This document shows positions 12,547 through 25,170 of a stretch of DNA of 64,000 bases, piece by piece. Numbering within the stretch: the stretch's first letter is position 1; each line of letters opens with the position of its first letter. Position numbers and translations under genes: made by a program. The notes under the pieces were generated by a model. The model was not told where the DNA came from. It worked only from the letters and a program-made list of their open reading frames with translations, and made no database searches. The stretch is taken from contig OZ024755.1 in the NCBI GenBank assembly GCA_964016885.1, positions 27,032,001 through 27,096,000 of the forward strand, written 5' to 3'. The stretch is from Eledone cirrhosa (Eukaryota).

Positions 12547-12877
12547 GGAGGCATATGGCTTAGTGGTTAGAGCATTGGCCTTGCAATCGAAAGGTTGTGA
12601 GTTTCATTTTCAGACCAGGTGATGTGTTGTTTCCTTGAGCAAGACACTTTATTTCACATTGCTCCAGTTTACTCAGCTGTAGAAATGAGATGATAGGGAC
12701 TGGAGTCCATATCATTCCACTGCAAAGTGGTCGTGGAGGTGCCACGGCAGTAAAGCACCCAGCACTCACTGTAAATGAGGTTGGTGTTAGGACGGGCATC
12801 CAGCTGTAGAAATCAAGCCAGAATCAGTTCCCGTCCCACCCTAGCAAACAGGGAAAAAGCGAACGTAAAATGAAATG
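12547..12877 (+). mobile_element. tRNA/CORE-type SINE family B
   Basis: tRNA-like head TGGCTTAGTGGTTAGAGC, CORE-like CCTTGAGCAAGACACTTTATTTCAC, 3' end matching the RTE tail at 44410-44469. Confidence 0.85.
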
Positions 12878-13112
12878 AAACAGACACACTTACAAGAATA
12901 CACACTCACTGAGACGGACATTCACACAAATACACATACATTCACACAAACACACATACATTTACACAAACCCACATACATTCACACACAGCATAGCAAA
13001 TGGAACACCAACTGCTGTTTTGCTATAGTTTTTTCACCATCCCCTTCCTTCCATTTACACACACATATTGTGTGATGAACGGACAGACAAGTCGCTCAAA
13101 TTTATATATAGA
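12878..13112 (-). mobile_element. Helitron-like 5' fragment with CA-rich interior
   Basis: Minus strand begins TCTATATATAAATTTGAG; homologous to 55803-56170 (+). Confidence 0.5.
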
Positions 13113-13384
13113 TTAGTGTAAAGGCCTTTCATTTTCATATGATGTCGTCATAGTGCTGTTTTGTATCTATTTTGTATGTCTTATTATTATAGTATCATAT
13201 AGTATATGATATAAGAGTTAAATACCAAAGATATATCTGTGTTATTATCATCATCATCATCAATTTTATATCCACCGACCTTTCTATGCTGGCATGAGTT
13301 GGGTTGAACTCTCTGAAGCAGTATTTTACGACCAGATACTCCTGTCCACACAACCCTTACACTGTGAACAAAACATATCCAGCC

Positions 13385-13720
13385 CACACTGTAAAGTGGT
13401 CATGTAGGTGTCATGACAAAAAGCACCTAGCCCATACTGTAAACTGGTTGTGTAGGTGTCATGACAAAAAGCACCTAGCCCATACTGTAAAGTGGTCATG
13501 TAGGTGTCATGACAAAAAGCACCTAGCACACACTGTAAAGTGGTCATGTAGGTGTCACGTCAAAAAGCACCCAGCCCACACTGTAGGGTGGTCATGTAGG
13601 GGTCACAAGAAAAAGCACCCAGTCCAAACTGTAAAGTGGTCATGTAGGTGTCACAACAAAAAGCACCCAGCATACTCTGTAAATATGGTTAGCATTAGGA
13701 AAGGCATCCTGCTGTAGAAA
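13385..13720 (+). repeat. 48-bp module array, about 6 copies, LINE 3' UTR-derived
   Basis: Unit CACACTGTAAAGTGGTCATGTAGGTGTCATGACAAAAAGCACCTAGC; ends in the TTAGGAAAGGCATCC motif. Confidence 0.9.
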
Positions 13721-13735
13721 CCTAGCCAGAAACAG

Positions 13736-14207
13736 AATTCCGACCTTATACACTTGCACCTCTCTAGGACAATGTCACTGGACCGAGATCTTTGGCGCTA
13801 CGCAGTAATACAAAGTGAAACCTACAGTCAGTAGGCACCTCTTAACCAAAATACACCCCCATCCCACTACCCCCCCCCCCCCCCCCCCACCTACACCACC
13901 CCTTTCGCTGTAAAGTTATGTTGGTACCACAACATCCAGGGTCCGAAATAAATGAGGTCGTGTAGGTGTCACGACAAAAAAAAAAAAAACACACAGTTCA
14001 TGCTGTAATGTGGCCGTGTAGGTAACATGGTAAAAACCTCTCAGTCCACACTGTAAACGTGATTGGTGTTAGGAAGGGCATCCAGCCATAGAAAACCTGT
14101 CAGATAGTCCTATATGAGCAAGACAACCAATCTTGCCTCAAGTGGGACAATTCCCATCTAAACCCATGCTAGCGTGGAAGATAGACGTTAAACGATGATG
14201 ATGATGA
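13736..14207 (+). mobile_element. 5'-truncated copy of RTE LINE 1
   Basis: Colinear with 24696-25170 including (GAT)n tail. Confidence 0.9.
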
Positions 14208-14634
14208 GTAAGACATGGTCACCTGACTCAACTTGCCTCAAAAGGGACAGACAACCTGTCTAACCCATGCTAGCATGGAAAATGGACTTTAACCGATGAT
14301 GATGATGAGGTTAACCTTTCTTTTAGTTGTCTCTTATTCCACACAGGAATGTATATGTTGGACATATTCTAATAATTGATTTGGGAAAGAGAGAATGTTT
14401 GATTGCTTATTAATTATGGTTAACATCATCATCATCATCATCATCATCAGTCATCTAATGTCTGTTATTGCTCTTAGCAAGGGTTGGACATATATATGTA
14501 ATATTTTACACAGTGAACAAAACAAGGAATAAAGGAAAATCTAATCAGAAAGTGAGAAAGAAAAGATGGGAAGAAAGAATATGGCGTGGAAGATAGACGG
14601 TCAACGGCAACGATGATGATGAGAGAATGTGTGT

Positions 14635-15113
14635 GAGTGAGAGAGAGAGAGAGCAAATGAAAGAACTGGTGAGAAAGGAAGAAGGAGAGAGCTGGGGAGA
14701 GAGAGAGAGAGCAAATTAAAGAACTGGTGAGAAAGGAAGAAGGAGAGAGCTGGAGAGAGAGGGAGAATGAAAGACCAGATGAAAGAAAGAAAGATGGTGA
14801 AAAATATAAAAATAAGTCCAAGTGTGTGTGTGTGTGTGAGAGAGATAGAGAGATAGTGGAGGAAATGTAAAGCTAGTAGAGAAGAGAATGAGAGAGGAAG
14901 AACAAAAGGTGAGAGAGAGAGAGTGAAAGATACAGAGTTAGCAAGAGAGCGAGGGAGGAAGATAGATAGATAGATAGAGAGAGATCTACAGAAAGGGTGA
15001 AAGATACAGAGTTAGCAAGAGAGAGAGAGAGAGAAAGATAGATAGATAGAGAGAGAGAGAGATCTACAGAAAGGGTGAAAGATATAGAGTTGGCATGAGA
15101 GAAAGAGGGAGAA

Positions 15114-15145
<32 letters not shown>

Positions 15146-15352
15146 ATCTACAGAAAGGGTGAAAGATACAGAGTTAGCAAGAGAGAGAGAGGGAGAAAGA
15201 TAGATAGATAGAGAGAGAGAGAGATCTACAGAAAGGGTGAAAGATATAGTTGGCATGAGAGAAAGAGGGAGAGAGAGAGAGAGAGATCTACAGAAAGGGT
15301 GAAAGATATAGAGTTGGCATGAGAGAAAGGGAGACACAGATAGAGAGAGAGA
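14635..15352. repeat. Purine-rich compound minisatellite with (GA)n/(GATA)n
   Basis: Recurrent GATCTACAGAAAGGGTGAAAGATACAGAGTTAGCAAG units separated by GA/GATA tracts. Confidence 0.9.
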
Positions 15353-15684
15353 GTAATAGATAGCAATAAGGAGTGATAAGAGATATCATCATCATCATCA
15401 TCATCAGTAATGAGTTAGGAGAGAGAGAGGAGTGTGGTACATGATAATGAGTAAATAACTTTCCTCCTTTCTACACTTTTTTGCTTAAAATATTCAAAAT
15501 GAGTTAATATTTTAACATACACTTTGCAGTTATTGATCCAACTAACCTGCTGCTGTATTGATTGGTTAATGTGAACATGTAATTGTGTGCCATCACACAA
15601 TAATGGTAATTAAAGAATTTGAAGGAATTAATTTGAATATATGATAATTTAGGTAAAAATATGTTCTTTCTTTTACATATTTAA

Positions 15685-15904
15685 CCCTTTAGCATTTACA
15701 TTACTTTATATTTACTATTGTACTTTCACAGTAAAGGCTTTATCTCACACGATTACCTCACATAATATTGAATCTATGAGATTTTGATATTATTTATTTT
15801 GAGAATGATACCTTAACATCAGTATGATCGGCCGGTTACAGCCGGCTTGAATAGAAAGAGGTGAGAGAATTCTGGCCGGATATGGCCGGTTTAAATGCTA
15901 AAGG
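15685..15904. mobile_element. piggyBac-type MITE P1 (opposite orientation)
   Basis: P1 TIRs and body reversed relative to 4397. Confidence 0.8.
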
Positions 15905-18035
15905 TAGTTGTTATAATGGTTTTCATATTAGCTGACTCATAATAAATACAATACCAACTGCCACAACAAAAACAGTAACAATGGTTTCTAATTTAGGCAG
16001 AAGGCCAGTGATTGCGAGAGAGAAAAGTTGATCAAATCAACCTCGGTACTTTATTCTATCAACCCCAGAAGGATGAAAGACAGAGTTAACCTCAACAGGA
16101 TTTGAAATCAAATCTTAAAGTGCCACAATTAAATACCACAAAGCATTCTCTAATACTTCTTCCAATCCAGTTTTTAAATTAGACTCAAAGCTAAAAATTT
16201 GGAGAAGGGAAGAGGAAGGAGAGAGATCAAATTGACCCCACTGCTTGTCTAGTACTGTATTTGATTGATTTCAGAAAGGTGAAAGATGCAGTTGACCTCT
16301 GTAGGATTTGAACTCAGAATAAAACAGGCCATAATTCAATGCCACAAATTAACACTACTATCTTCTCTCACTCATTCCCACCATCATCCCTTATTTTTTA
16401 CATTGGATCTGACCATATTCACATCACTCATCCTTTTACATCTTTGCCTACTTATTCTTGGGATGGTCGTGGGAGAAGAGTCCTCATCCAGAATAAACAG
16501 GTTCATTACATGATTCTTTGGACTTTCCACACAAATTAACTATTAAAGTAGCTGCTCAAAGGTTATGAGTTCAAATCTAACTATATAGTTCTTGTTGTTT
16601 GACTTTAGGCTTTCTTTTTCAAGGTTAACTTAATTTGAGAGAGATTTGGCTGCTATTTCTAACTTGTTGAACGACCATGCGAAACCTCCAGCATAGGATC
16701 ATGTTTTGGCTGGTTGTTGAATTGTTGAATCTTGATTATTATTTTTTAAATTGACATATTGATTGCTTCATTTTACCTTCAAGTGTTAGTAATATGTAAC
16801 AAGTCATTTGTGAGTATTACCCTTAGACAGGGGCTAGCATCCTAACTGCAGACATTTATCTCCACATCTGCTTCATAGCAGGCAACTGGAGCAAAGCATT
16901 AGTTCTTAAAAGTACTTTGTAATTTAGGAGGTATTTAAATTACATTTTTTGCTTTGCATTCTTGCTGTGATAGTTGCTGTAAAAATCTACCTGATTTATG
17001 GTGACAGGTGTGATATAATCAATCAGCTCCATGTGACAGGTGTACATGTGCATGTGTAACAGATTTAGCAACTCAGATTTGTAAATATTTGATTTTTGGT
17101 ATTTGTAAGTTAATTAGTTACATATAGATGAACAAGTGGAGTTTCCTTGGTGACAGCTGTGAGTCACCAATTGATTTGCTAGTAACTCTGTCCTTTAGTC
17201 ATTGGGTAACAGATTTTACATGAAATGATCATGATGTTGATGATAGTGACATGCTGAATGTCACTCTTAGGCTGATTAACAGAAAAGTTTAATAATCAAT
17301 TCAAAATAGTACTTTAGTGTAAAATAGTAGTACTTGATAAAAAAATTGTACTCCTATCTGTTAACTCCATGTTGTTGCTATTGTTTAGTCCCTAATTGAG
17401 CAGGAAAAAAGCTTTCCCAGTTATGTCTGTCCCATCTTTTTTTTTTGTTTTCAGGAATAGTATATCTCAGACCACATTATTCGATGTGTCCTTTTCTTTA
17501 TGTCAGTGGAAACAGTTTGGACAACTTGTCTAATCCACACTAACATGGAAAAATGGACATTAAATTGTGATAATGTTGATGATGATGTTGATGATGATGG
17601 AGTGTTTGGAAAGAAATTTGACTGATAATTCTAGCCAATTCAGTAACCATGGAGAAGACATTTTGTTGACTAATATTTGTAATTTTTTACTAATTTTATA
17701 ATTAGTATTCATAGGATCTTGTGTTATATTCTCGACAAATTCTGTTCATTACTCTGAAGCCTCTTTAAATCTAGTTGAGACATGTTAAAGTATTCTGTTA
17801 CTGGTTCCAAATTCTTAACTGTCACCATACTCTATAAAAACAAGTATTTCATTTCTACTAGAATACAAAAATGTTATGAGAGATATCAAATCTTTCTACC
17901 AACCTACAGTGAATACATTGAACTTTGATCATGTAACTTGTCCAACAGTGTAAATAGAAAGCCAGTGAGTTGTGAAACAGATAATTATCACCACAATAAC
18001 AACAATTGTCATTGTTGTTGGTGGAAGTATTTTAA

Positions 18036-18463
18036 CTCTTTACCATTTACATTACTCAATATTTACTATTATATTTTCATGGTAAAGGCTTTACCTCACA
18101 TAATATCTCACATAACAATTACATTACTCTATATTTACTATTATATTTTCATGGTAAAGGCTTTACCTCACATAATATCTCACATAACAATTACATTACT
18201 CTATATTTACTATTATATTTTCATGGTAAAGGCTTTACCTCACATAATATCTCACATAACAATTACATTACTCTATATTTACTATTATATTTTCATGGTA
18301 AAGGCTTTACCTCACATAATTATCTCACATAATATTGAATCTTGATATTATTTATTTTGAGAAGAATACCTTAACATCAGTATGAGCAGCTGGTTATGGC
18401 TGGTTTGAACAGAAATAGGTGAGAGAATTCTGGCCGGATACGGCCGGTTTAAATACTGAAGGG
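18036..18463. mobile_element. piggyBac-type MITE P1 with 72-bp internal segment repeated 4 times
   Basis: TTAA flanks; repeats start at 18047, 18119, 18191, 18263. Confidence 0.85.
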
Positions 18464-18624
18464 TTAAAACTGTTTTCTCATGTTAGATTAGATCGGTCTG
18501 ACTTGTTTTGATCCTTTGGGATATTGTTTGTGAGGTCCAAAATAAGAGGCTGGTTTGGCTGTCAGTAGACCCTTGGAAAAACAAAATATATTGTGTTATT
18601 TGATTACATCCTTTTATGTATTAA

Positions 18625-18843
18625 CTCTCTACCATTTACATTACTCTATATTTACTATTGTATTTTCAAGCTAATGGCTTTATCTCAAATAATTATCTTA
18701 CATAATATTGAATCTATAAGATTTTGATATCATTTATTTTGAGAACAATACCTTAACATCAGTCTGGGTGGCTGGTTATAGCCGGCTTGAATAGAAAGGT
18801 TAGAGAATTCTGGATGTATGTGGCCAGTTTAAATTATGAAGGG
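18625..18843. mobile_element. piggyBac-type MITE P1
   Basis: TTAA flanks and P1 body. Confidence 0.8.
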
Positions 18844-19247
18844 TTAAGTCAAAATCCTGAGATGATTGTCATTACCTTTCATTCTTTCTGATATCAATAA
18901 CATGAGTACCAATCAAGGATTGGTGTCAATATAATCAATAATACACTTGAACAGCAGTACAACAGCCTGGCCAATTTCAATGATTAAAAACCAATAAAAT
19001 AATAAAAATATGATTACTTATATTTGACCTATTATCTTTCCTTGTGTTCATTGGTATTTCTTTACTACATTGTCAGCATATGACCTTTTGCACTGAACAA
19101 ATGTCATCCAGTTTCATCACATATCCCTGACGCTATTGATTTTGATTTTCTGATGCCTTTAATGCTCAACTGGTTTCACAGTTCCCTTGTACATCCCCTT
19201 TCATGCAAGTTAATATTGTTGTACATCCAATAGATTAACCTATGGAT

Positions 19248-20225
19248 ATAGGCATGGCTATCTACTGACATAGGCATGTCTGTATATTGACATAGTTATG
19301 GCTATATGTTGATATAGGCATGACTATATGTTGACAGTCGTGGCTGTATGTTGACATAGTTATGGCTGTGTTGAAATAGTTATGGCTGTAAGTTGACATA
19401 GTTATGGCTGTGTGTTGACATAGTCATGGCTCTATATTGACATAGTCATGGCTGTGTGTTGACATAGTCATGGCTCTATATTGACATAGTCATGGCTGTG
19501 TGTTGACAGTCATAGCTCTCTGATGACCTAGTCATTGCTGTGTGTTGACAGTCGTGGCTGTATGTTGACATAGTCATGGCTATGTGTTGACATAGCCATG
19601 GCTATATGTTGACCATAGTCATGGCTATGTGTTGACATAGCCGTGGCTGTATGTTGAAATAGTCGTGGCTGTATATTGACATAGTCATGGCTGTATGTAG
19701 GCATAGTCATGGCTGTATGTTGACAGTCGTGGCTATGTTGACATAGTCGTGGCTGTATGTTGACAGTCATGGCTGTATGTTGACATAGTCATGGTTATGT
19801 GTTGACATAGTCGTGGCTGTGTGTTGACATAGCTGTGGCTGTGTGTTGACATAGCCATGGCTGTGTGTTGACATAGTTGTGGCTGTGTGTTGACATAGCC
19901 GTGGCTGTGTGTAGACATAGTCGTGACTGTGTGTTGACATAGTTGTGGCTGTGTGTTGACATAGTCGTGACTGTGTGTTGACATAGTCGTGGCTGTGTGT
20001 TGACATAGTCATGGCTTTGTGTTGACATAGTCATGGGTATGTGTTGACATAGTCATGGATGTGTGTTGACATACATGGTCGTGGCTGTGTGTTGACATAT
20101 ATAGTCGTGGCTGTGTGTTGACATAGTCATGGCTGTATGTTGACATAGGCATGGCTGTGTGTTGACATAGGCAGAGCTGTATGTTGACATAGGCAGAGCT
20201 GTATGTTGACATAGGCAGGGTTGTA
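19248..20225. repeat. 22-bp degenerate minisatellite, roughly 45 copies
   Basis: Unit GTTGACATAGTCRTGGCTGTGT. Confidence 0.95.
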
Positions 20226-20357
20226 TGCTGAAGAAGTCTGCTTTGCAGCTGTGTTTTGGCTCAATCCCTGTGCACAGGTTTCTTCTACCATAGCTTCTGG
20301 TTGACCAAAATCTTGTGAGTGAACTCTGTTAGATAGGAAATGTGTGGAAGCCCGTTA
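20211..20357 (+). mobile_element. Degenerate tRNA-derived SINE family C
   Basis: Head AGGCAGGGTTGTATGCTGAAGAAGTCTGCTTTGCA resembles minus-strand heads at about 26700-26765 and 49530-49640. Confidence 0.55.
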
Positions 20358-21936
20358 GAAAGGCTGCTCTTGTTCTTGGGCATGAATTAATCTGTTGCCC
20401 AATTTTATACTAACACCTGACTTGCAGGTTGACTTTAGCAGAGTTCAATCTATTGCAAACATTCGAGCAAGATTTCTAGTCTGTCGATACCTGCCTTCCT
20501 TCCAACCCACTAGTCTTGGAGGCTCTGAAAAAAATCAGGAGCATTTCCCTTCCTTCTGTGATGGAACTTATGGAAAATATATACTGAACTAATTTCTCTC
20601 CAGCATTTGCAATCTCTCATTTTATGCCCAAATCTTGTCACCACATAACACCTCTTACACATGCTTCATTCGGCCTATTTTTCTTTTGTCTTTTTTGCCA
20701 ACACAAGTAACATCTTGAACTTCATAAATTACCTTTTTACTCTAGTTGTTATACTTTCACTACTGTCATTTCCAGTATTAATTATGTTACCCCAGTCAGG
20801 AACTATCTGAACAGTCCTTGAACTATATTTGGATATGCATGTATGTAGAATATTTTCTTTCAATATTTATGTCAATGATAAGGAGACAAATCATTGTTGC
20901 GTAGGTCAATTATGATTTAGCCTTTGTAAGCGTATATAAGATTTTCTTCCCTCTCCTTTAGTCTTTGATCCTTGGCAGTACATGTTAGTAGTGTCTACTT
21001 TACTGTACTTGTAGTCTTTCATCTTTCATTATTAATCATGTCTTCTTAAATGATGGTTGAAATGATCAGCAGAAAAGGTGACTTAGATTCTCCTTTATAA
21101 GTAATCATTTGAACTTGGAGGTTTCAAATGCATTTAAACTGTCATATGTGACAGTTTAAATAGATAGAAGACGAGCTTTCTCTCTCCCTACTTGAAACTT
21201 TTAAGTGATGATTAGAAATATCATTTGTAAATAACTGGAAGTAGATTAAAGTAGATATCTGTCAGCTAGGTTAAGCTGGAAAATCGACCACAGTGTCCTA
21301 GAGCTGAAACCTTAAAACATCAAATGCTGTGATTATCATTGAAAAAAAACACTTGGGCAGTACTTGCCTCAGTTTGTCTGATTAAATGTTCCCATTTCTA
21401 TTTCAGTAGAGTGGGAAAACACTGTGCTGTAAAATCCAGTAACTCTAACAAAACTAATCCTAATAAAGCAGCATGCAAAATAGATATATATTTTTAAATA
21501 TAAACCATCGGATCTCATGGTTGAATATTTTCCTCTTATAAATACACATATATATAGATAGATAAAATGTTACTAGACAAGATTAGTAAGACAATTCATC
21601 TTAGTACTTTTGCATCTGCAAAGGTTTAAGCTTGACCATGATGCATTTTATCTTATAATATATATATATCATCATCATCACCGTTTTACGTCCATTCTTC
21701 CACACTAGCATGGGTTAGACGAGTTGTCCTGTTTTTGGCAATGCCAGGTCGGGTGACCATGTCTTGTTTATTTATATATATATATATATATCCATCCAAA
21801 GTCTGCTTTAAACATGGCTTAGTCCTTAACTCTGGGGGTATTTAATGGAAGTAATGTTAAATTTTTCAGTGGCAGTAGTTGCCATGTATATATGTATATG
21901 TATATATGTATATATGTATATATATATGTATATATT

Positions 21937-24900
21937 GGGTGGGAAATGACAATGGGCTGGGTGGAGCAGAAAAGTGGACAGATAAGATAATAGACGTAAA
22001 TAGAGTGAACGACAGAATAATTAAAATAAGACTTGTCCTCAATAGAACTACTGTGACAGTAATATCTGCGTATGCACCACAATCCGAACTGCCTGGCGTT
22101 ATAAAAGACAGATTCTATGAGACATTGATGCTCACTACCTCCCAAATAACCGACAGTGACTACATAGTTATCGCTGGCGACCTAAATGGTCACATTGGAC
22201 AACATTTTGACGGCTATGACGGAATGCATGGAGGCTGTGGGTTTGGTACTAGAAATGAGGAAGGCCCCAGAATCCTGGAATTCTGTGAGGCAAATAACCT
22301 AACTATCTGTAACACTAACTTCAAAAAACGAGACAATCACTTGATCACCTATAGATCAGGGGAACACACCTGCCAGGTAGATTATATCCTTACCAGAAGA
22401 CGTGACAGAGTGTCTGTTGTAAACACTAAATCCCTCCCCCATGAAGAATGCACCTCTCAACATAGACTCATAATTAGCGACCTCATAGTCAGGACGAGAC
22501 GTACTCGACAACAGAAGAGGACTATCCTCAGGTGAAAAATATGGAAGCTAAAGGACCCCACAGCCAGTAATAAATTTAAAAGCATATTACTTGATGCTTT
22601 TGATAGTAAGGAAGAGCAATTAGAGTCGTACAATATAGAGGAACAGTGGGAATTCCTGAAAGCTAACCTGCTGAAGGCGACAGATGAAATCTGTGGCTGG
22701 AGCAGACCTATAGGCAGGAGGAGAGTAACTTGGTGGTGGAACAGTAAGGTGGAGGGGTCAATCAAGGCCAAAAAGCAAGTTTGGAAAGCATAGCGGGATG
22801 GGGGAAGTAGAGAAGACTATCAAGTGGCCAGGAGGGAAGCTAGGAGACAAGTGTACTTCGCAAGAAGGGAAGCAGAGGAAAGAAAGTTCAAGCATGTTCT
22901 ACAACGCGAGGACCAAAAACGTGAGGTGTTCAGGATTGCTAGGCAATGTGTCAAGGAAAACCGTGATATTGTTGGGGAGAAGTGTGTCCTTAATGATGAT
23001 GGTGTACTTGCCATCACTGACGCTGATAAGGAGGTAGCTTGGAAGTGTCACTACAAAAGGCTACTAAATGAGGAGAATAATTGGGAGAAAGACAGTCTCC
23101 CCCACATCGATCCAATAGAGGGACCAGCAGTGCAAGTTGAAGGTAGTATAATAAGTAAGGTAATCAAAGACATGAAGACAGGCAAGGCAGCTGGGCCTTC
23201 GGAAATAGTTGCTGAAATGCTGAAAGCATCTGGAACGGTGGGACACACTATGGTCACCCGGATAGTAAACCAAGTCATACAGAATGGGGTCGTTCCGAAG
23301 GACTGGCATAGCAGCATCATTATTAACTGCTACAAGGGTAAAGGAGATGCCCTAGATAGGAGAAACTATAGAGGCATTAAATTAATTGACCAGGTCATGA
23401 AGGTCACAGAAAAAGTAATAGCGCAACTAATCAGAGAGAGAATTGATCTAGATGAAATGCAGTTCGGGTTTGTGTCAGGTAAAAGTACTACAGATGCTTT
23501 TTTCATTGTACGACAACTACAGGAGAAGTACCTAGCTAAAAGTAAACCCCTATACTTAGCTTTTGTTGACTTGGAGAAAGCCTTTGACAGAGTACCCCGC
23601 TCGATTATCTGGTGGGCCCTTAGAAAACCAGGTGATGATGAATGGCTTGTGAGAGCTATACAAGCCATCTATAAAGAAACTGTCAGTAAGGTTATAATTA
23701 ACAACGAATATAGTGAAGAGTTTAGCGTAAAAGTTGGTGTTCATCAGGGCTCCGTCCTTAGCTCCCTATATTTATTATTGACCTTAAGGCTATAACAGAG
23801 GAGTTCAAGACCGGCTGCCCATGGGAACTTCTATATGTAGATGATCTAACGCTCATAGCTGAATCAATGGCTGAACTAGAGAAGAAATTCCAAACATGGA
23901 AGCATGGCCTAGAATCAAAAGGCCTTAAAATTAACCTGCCTAAGACTAAAGTTCTAGTTTGTAGGAAGGAAAATAGGGCACTGGTCCCATCTGGGAAATG
24001 GCCATGCTCAGTGTGTAGGAAAGGAGTAAGCAGAAACTCCATTCTATGTCCCAAATGCAAAGTATGGGTGCATAAAAGATGTAGTGGGATCACAGGTAAG
24101 CTAACTAAGAATATAGATTTTATATGTGGCCAGTGCTCATGTGCAATAAGTAGCAGCAAGTGCCCACAGAATACTACCTCATTCCATTGCACAGATGGTT
24201 CTATGGAAATAGTGGACACCTTCCGTTACCTGGGTGACAAAGTCAGCAGTGGTGGAGGGTGCTCTGAAAGTACAGTAGCTAGAGTCAGAACGGGATGGAA
24301 AAAGTTCAGAGAGCTTATACCACTATTAGCCGCTAAAGGGTTCTCTCTAAAAATGAAAGGTAGGCTGTATGATGCCTGCATACGAACAGCAATGTTACAT
24401 GGCAGTGAGACTTGGGCATTGTGTGCAGAGGATATACGCAGACTGGAGAGGAACGAAGCTTGCATGCTCCGTTGGATGTGTAATAGTAATATACGTGAAC
24501 GGCAAAGCATAAATGAACTAAGGGAGAAATTAGGAATAAGAGGAATCAGATGTTGTTTACTCGAGAGAAGACTACGTTGGTACGGTCACATGATGCGCAT
24601 GAAAGACGACAGTTGTATAAAAAAGCGCAGGGCGATAAAAATAGAAGGTAGCCATGGAGTAGGCAGACCCAGAAAAACCTGGGACGACTTGATAAATTCC
24701 GACCTCACACACTTACACCTCTCCAAGACAATGTCACTGGACCGAGATCTTTGGCGCTACACAGTAATACAGAAGACCCGCCTTGCCTAAGTACAAAACG
24801 AAACCTACAGTCAGTAGGCACCGCTAACAAAAATACACCCCGTCCCACTACCCCCACCCCATCCACACCACACCTTTCGATGTAAAGTTATGTTGGTACC

Positions 24901-25170
24901 ATAACATCCAGTTCGAAATAAATGAGGTCGTGTAGGTAACAAAAAAAAAAACACACAGTCCACGCTGTAATGTGGCCGTGTAGGTAACACGGTAAAAACC
25001 TCCCAGTCCACACTGTAAACGTGGTTGCTGTTAGGAAGGGCATCCAGCCGTAGAAAACCTGCCAGACAGTCCTATACGAGCAAGACAACCAATCTTGCCT
25101 CAAGTGGGAAAATTCCCATCCAAACCCATGCAAGCGTGGAAGATAGACGTTAAATGATGATGATGATGAT
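21937..25170 (+). mobile_element. RTE-clade LINE 1, near full length (APE endonuclease, RT, PHD finger), disrupted
   Basis: APE motifs SAYAPQ, GDLNGH, VDYIL, SQHR; RT motifs NYRGIKL, QFGF, AFVDLEKAFD, GVHQGSVLS, YVDD; C-terminal GRPRKTW; stops at 22533 and 22791, frameshift near 23770; long 3' UTR and (GAT)n tail. Confidence 0.97.
22824..24790 (+). pseudogene. Reverse transcriptase region of RTE LINE 1 (ORFs 22824-23795 and 23867-24790)
   Basis: Two ORFs joined by one frameshift; non-LTR RT motifs. Confidence 0.92.

Noticed and set aside
12547-12625. tRNA gene
   Set aside because: tRNA-like head continues into a SINE body and occurs in five dispersed copies; no complete cloverleaf.
12560-12799. 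Multi-copy small protein family (ORFs at 12560, 29178, 56277, 60897)
   Set aside because: Antisense translations of SINE B copies.
13304-13717. Cys/His-rich repeat protein (16-aa period)
   Set aside because: Translation of the 48-bp LINE UTR module array.
14474-15337. Ser/Leu-rich ORFs
   Set aside because: Products of GA/GATA repeats.
19528-20212. His/Thr/Gln-rich ORFs as a structural protein
   Set aside because: Open in several frames because of a 22-bp repeat that is not a multiple of 3; no splice context.
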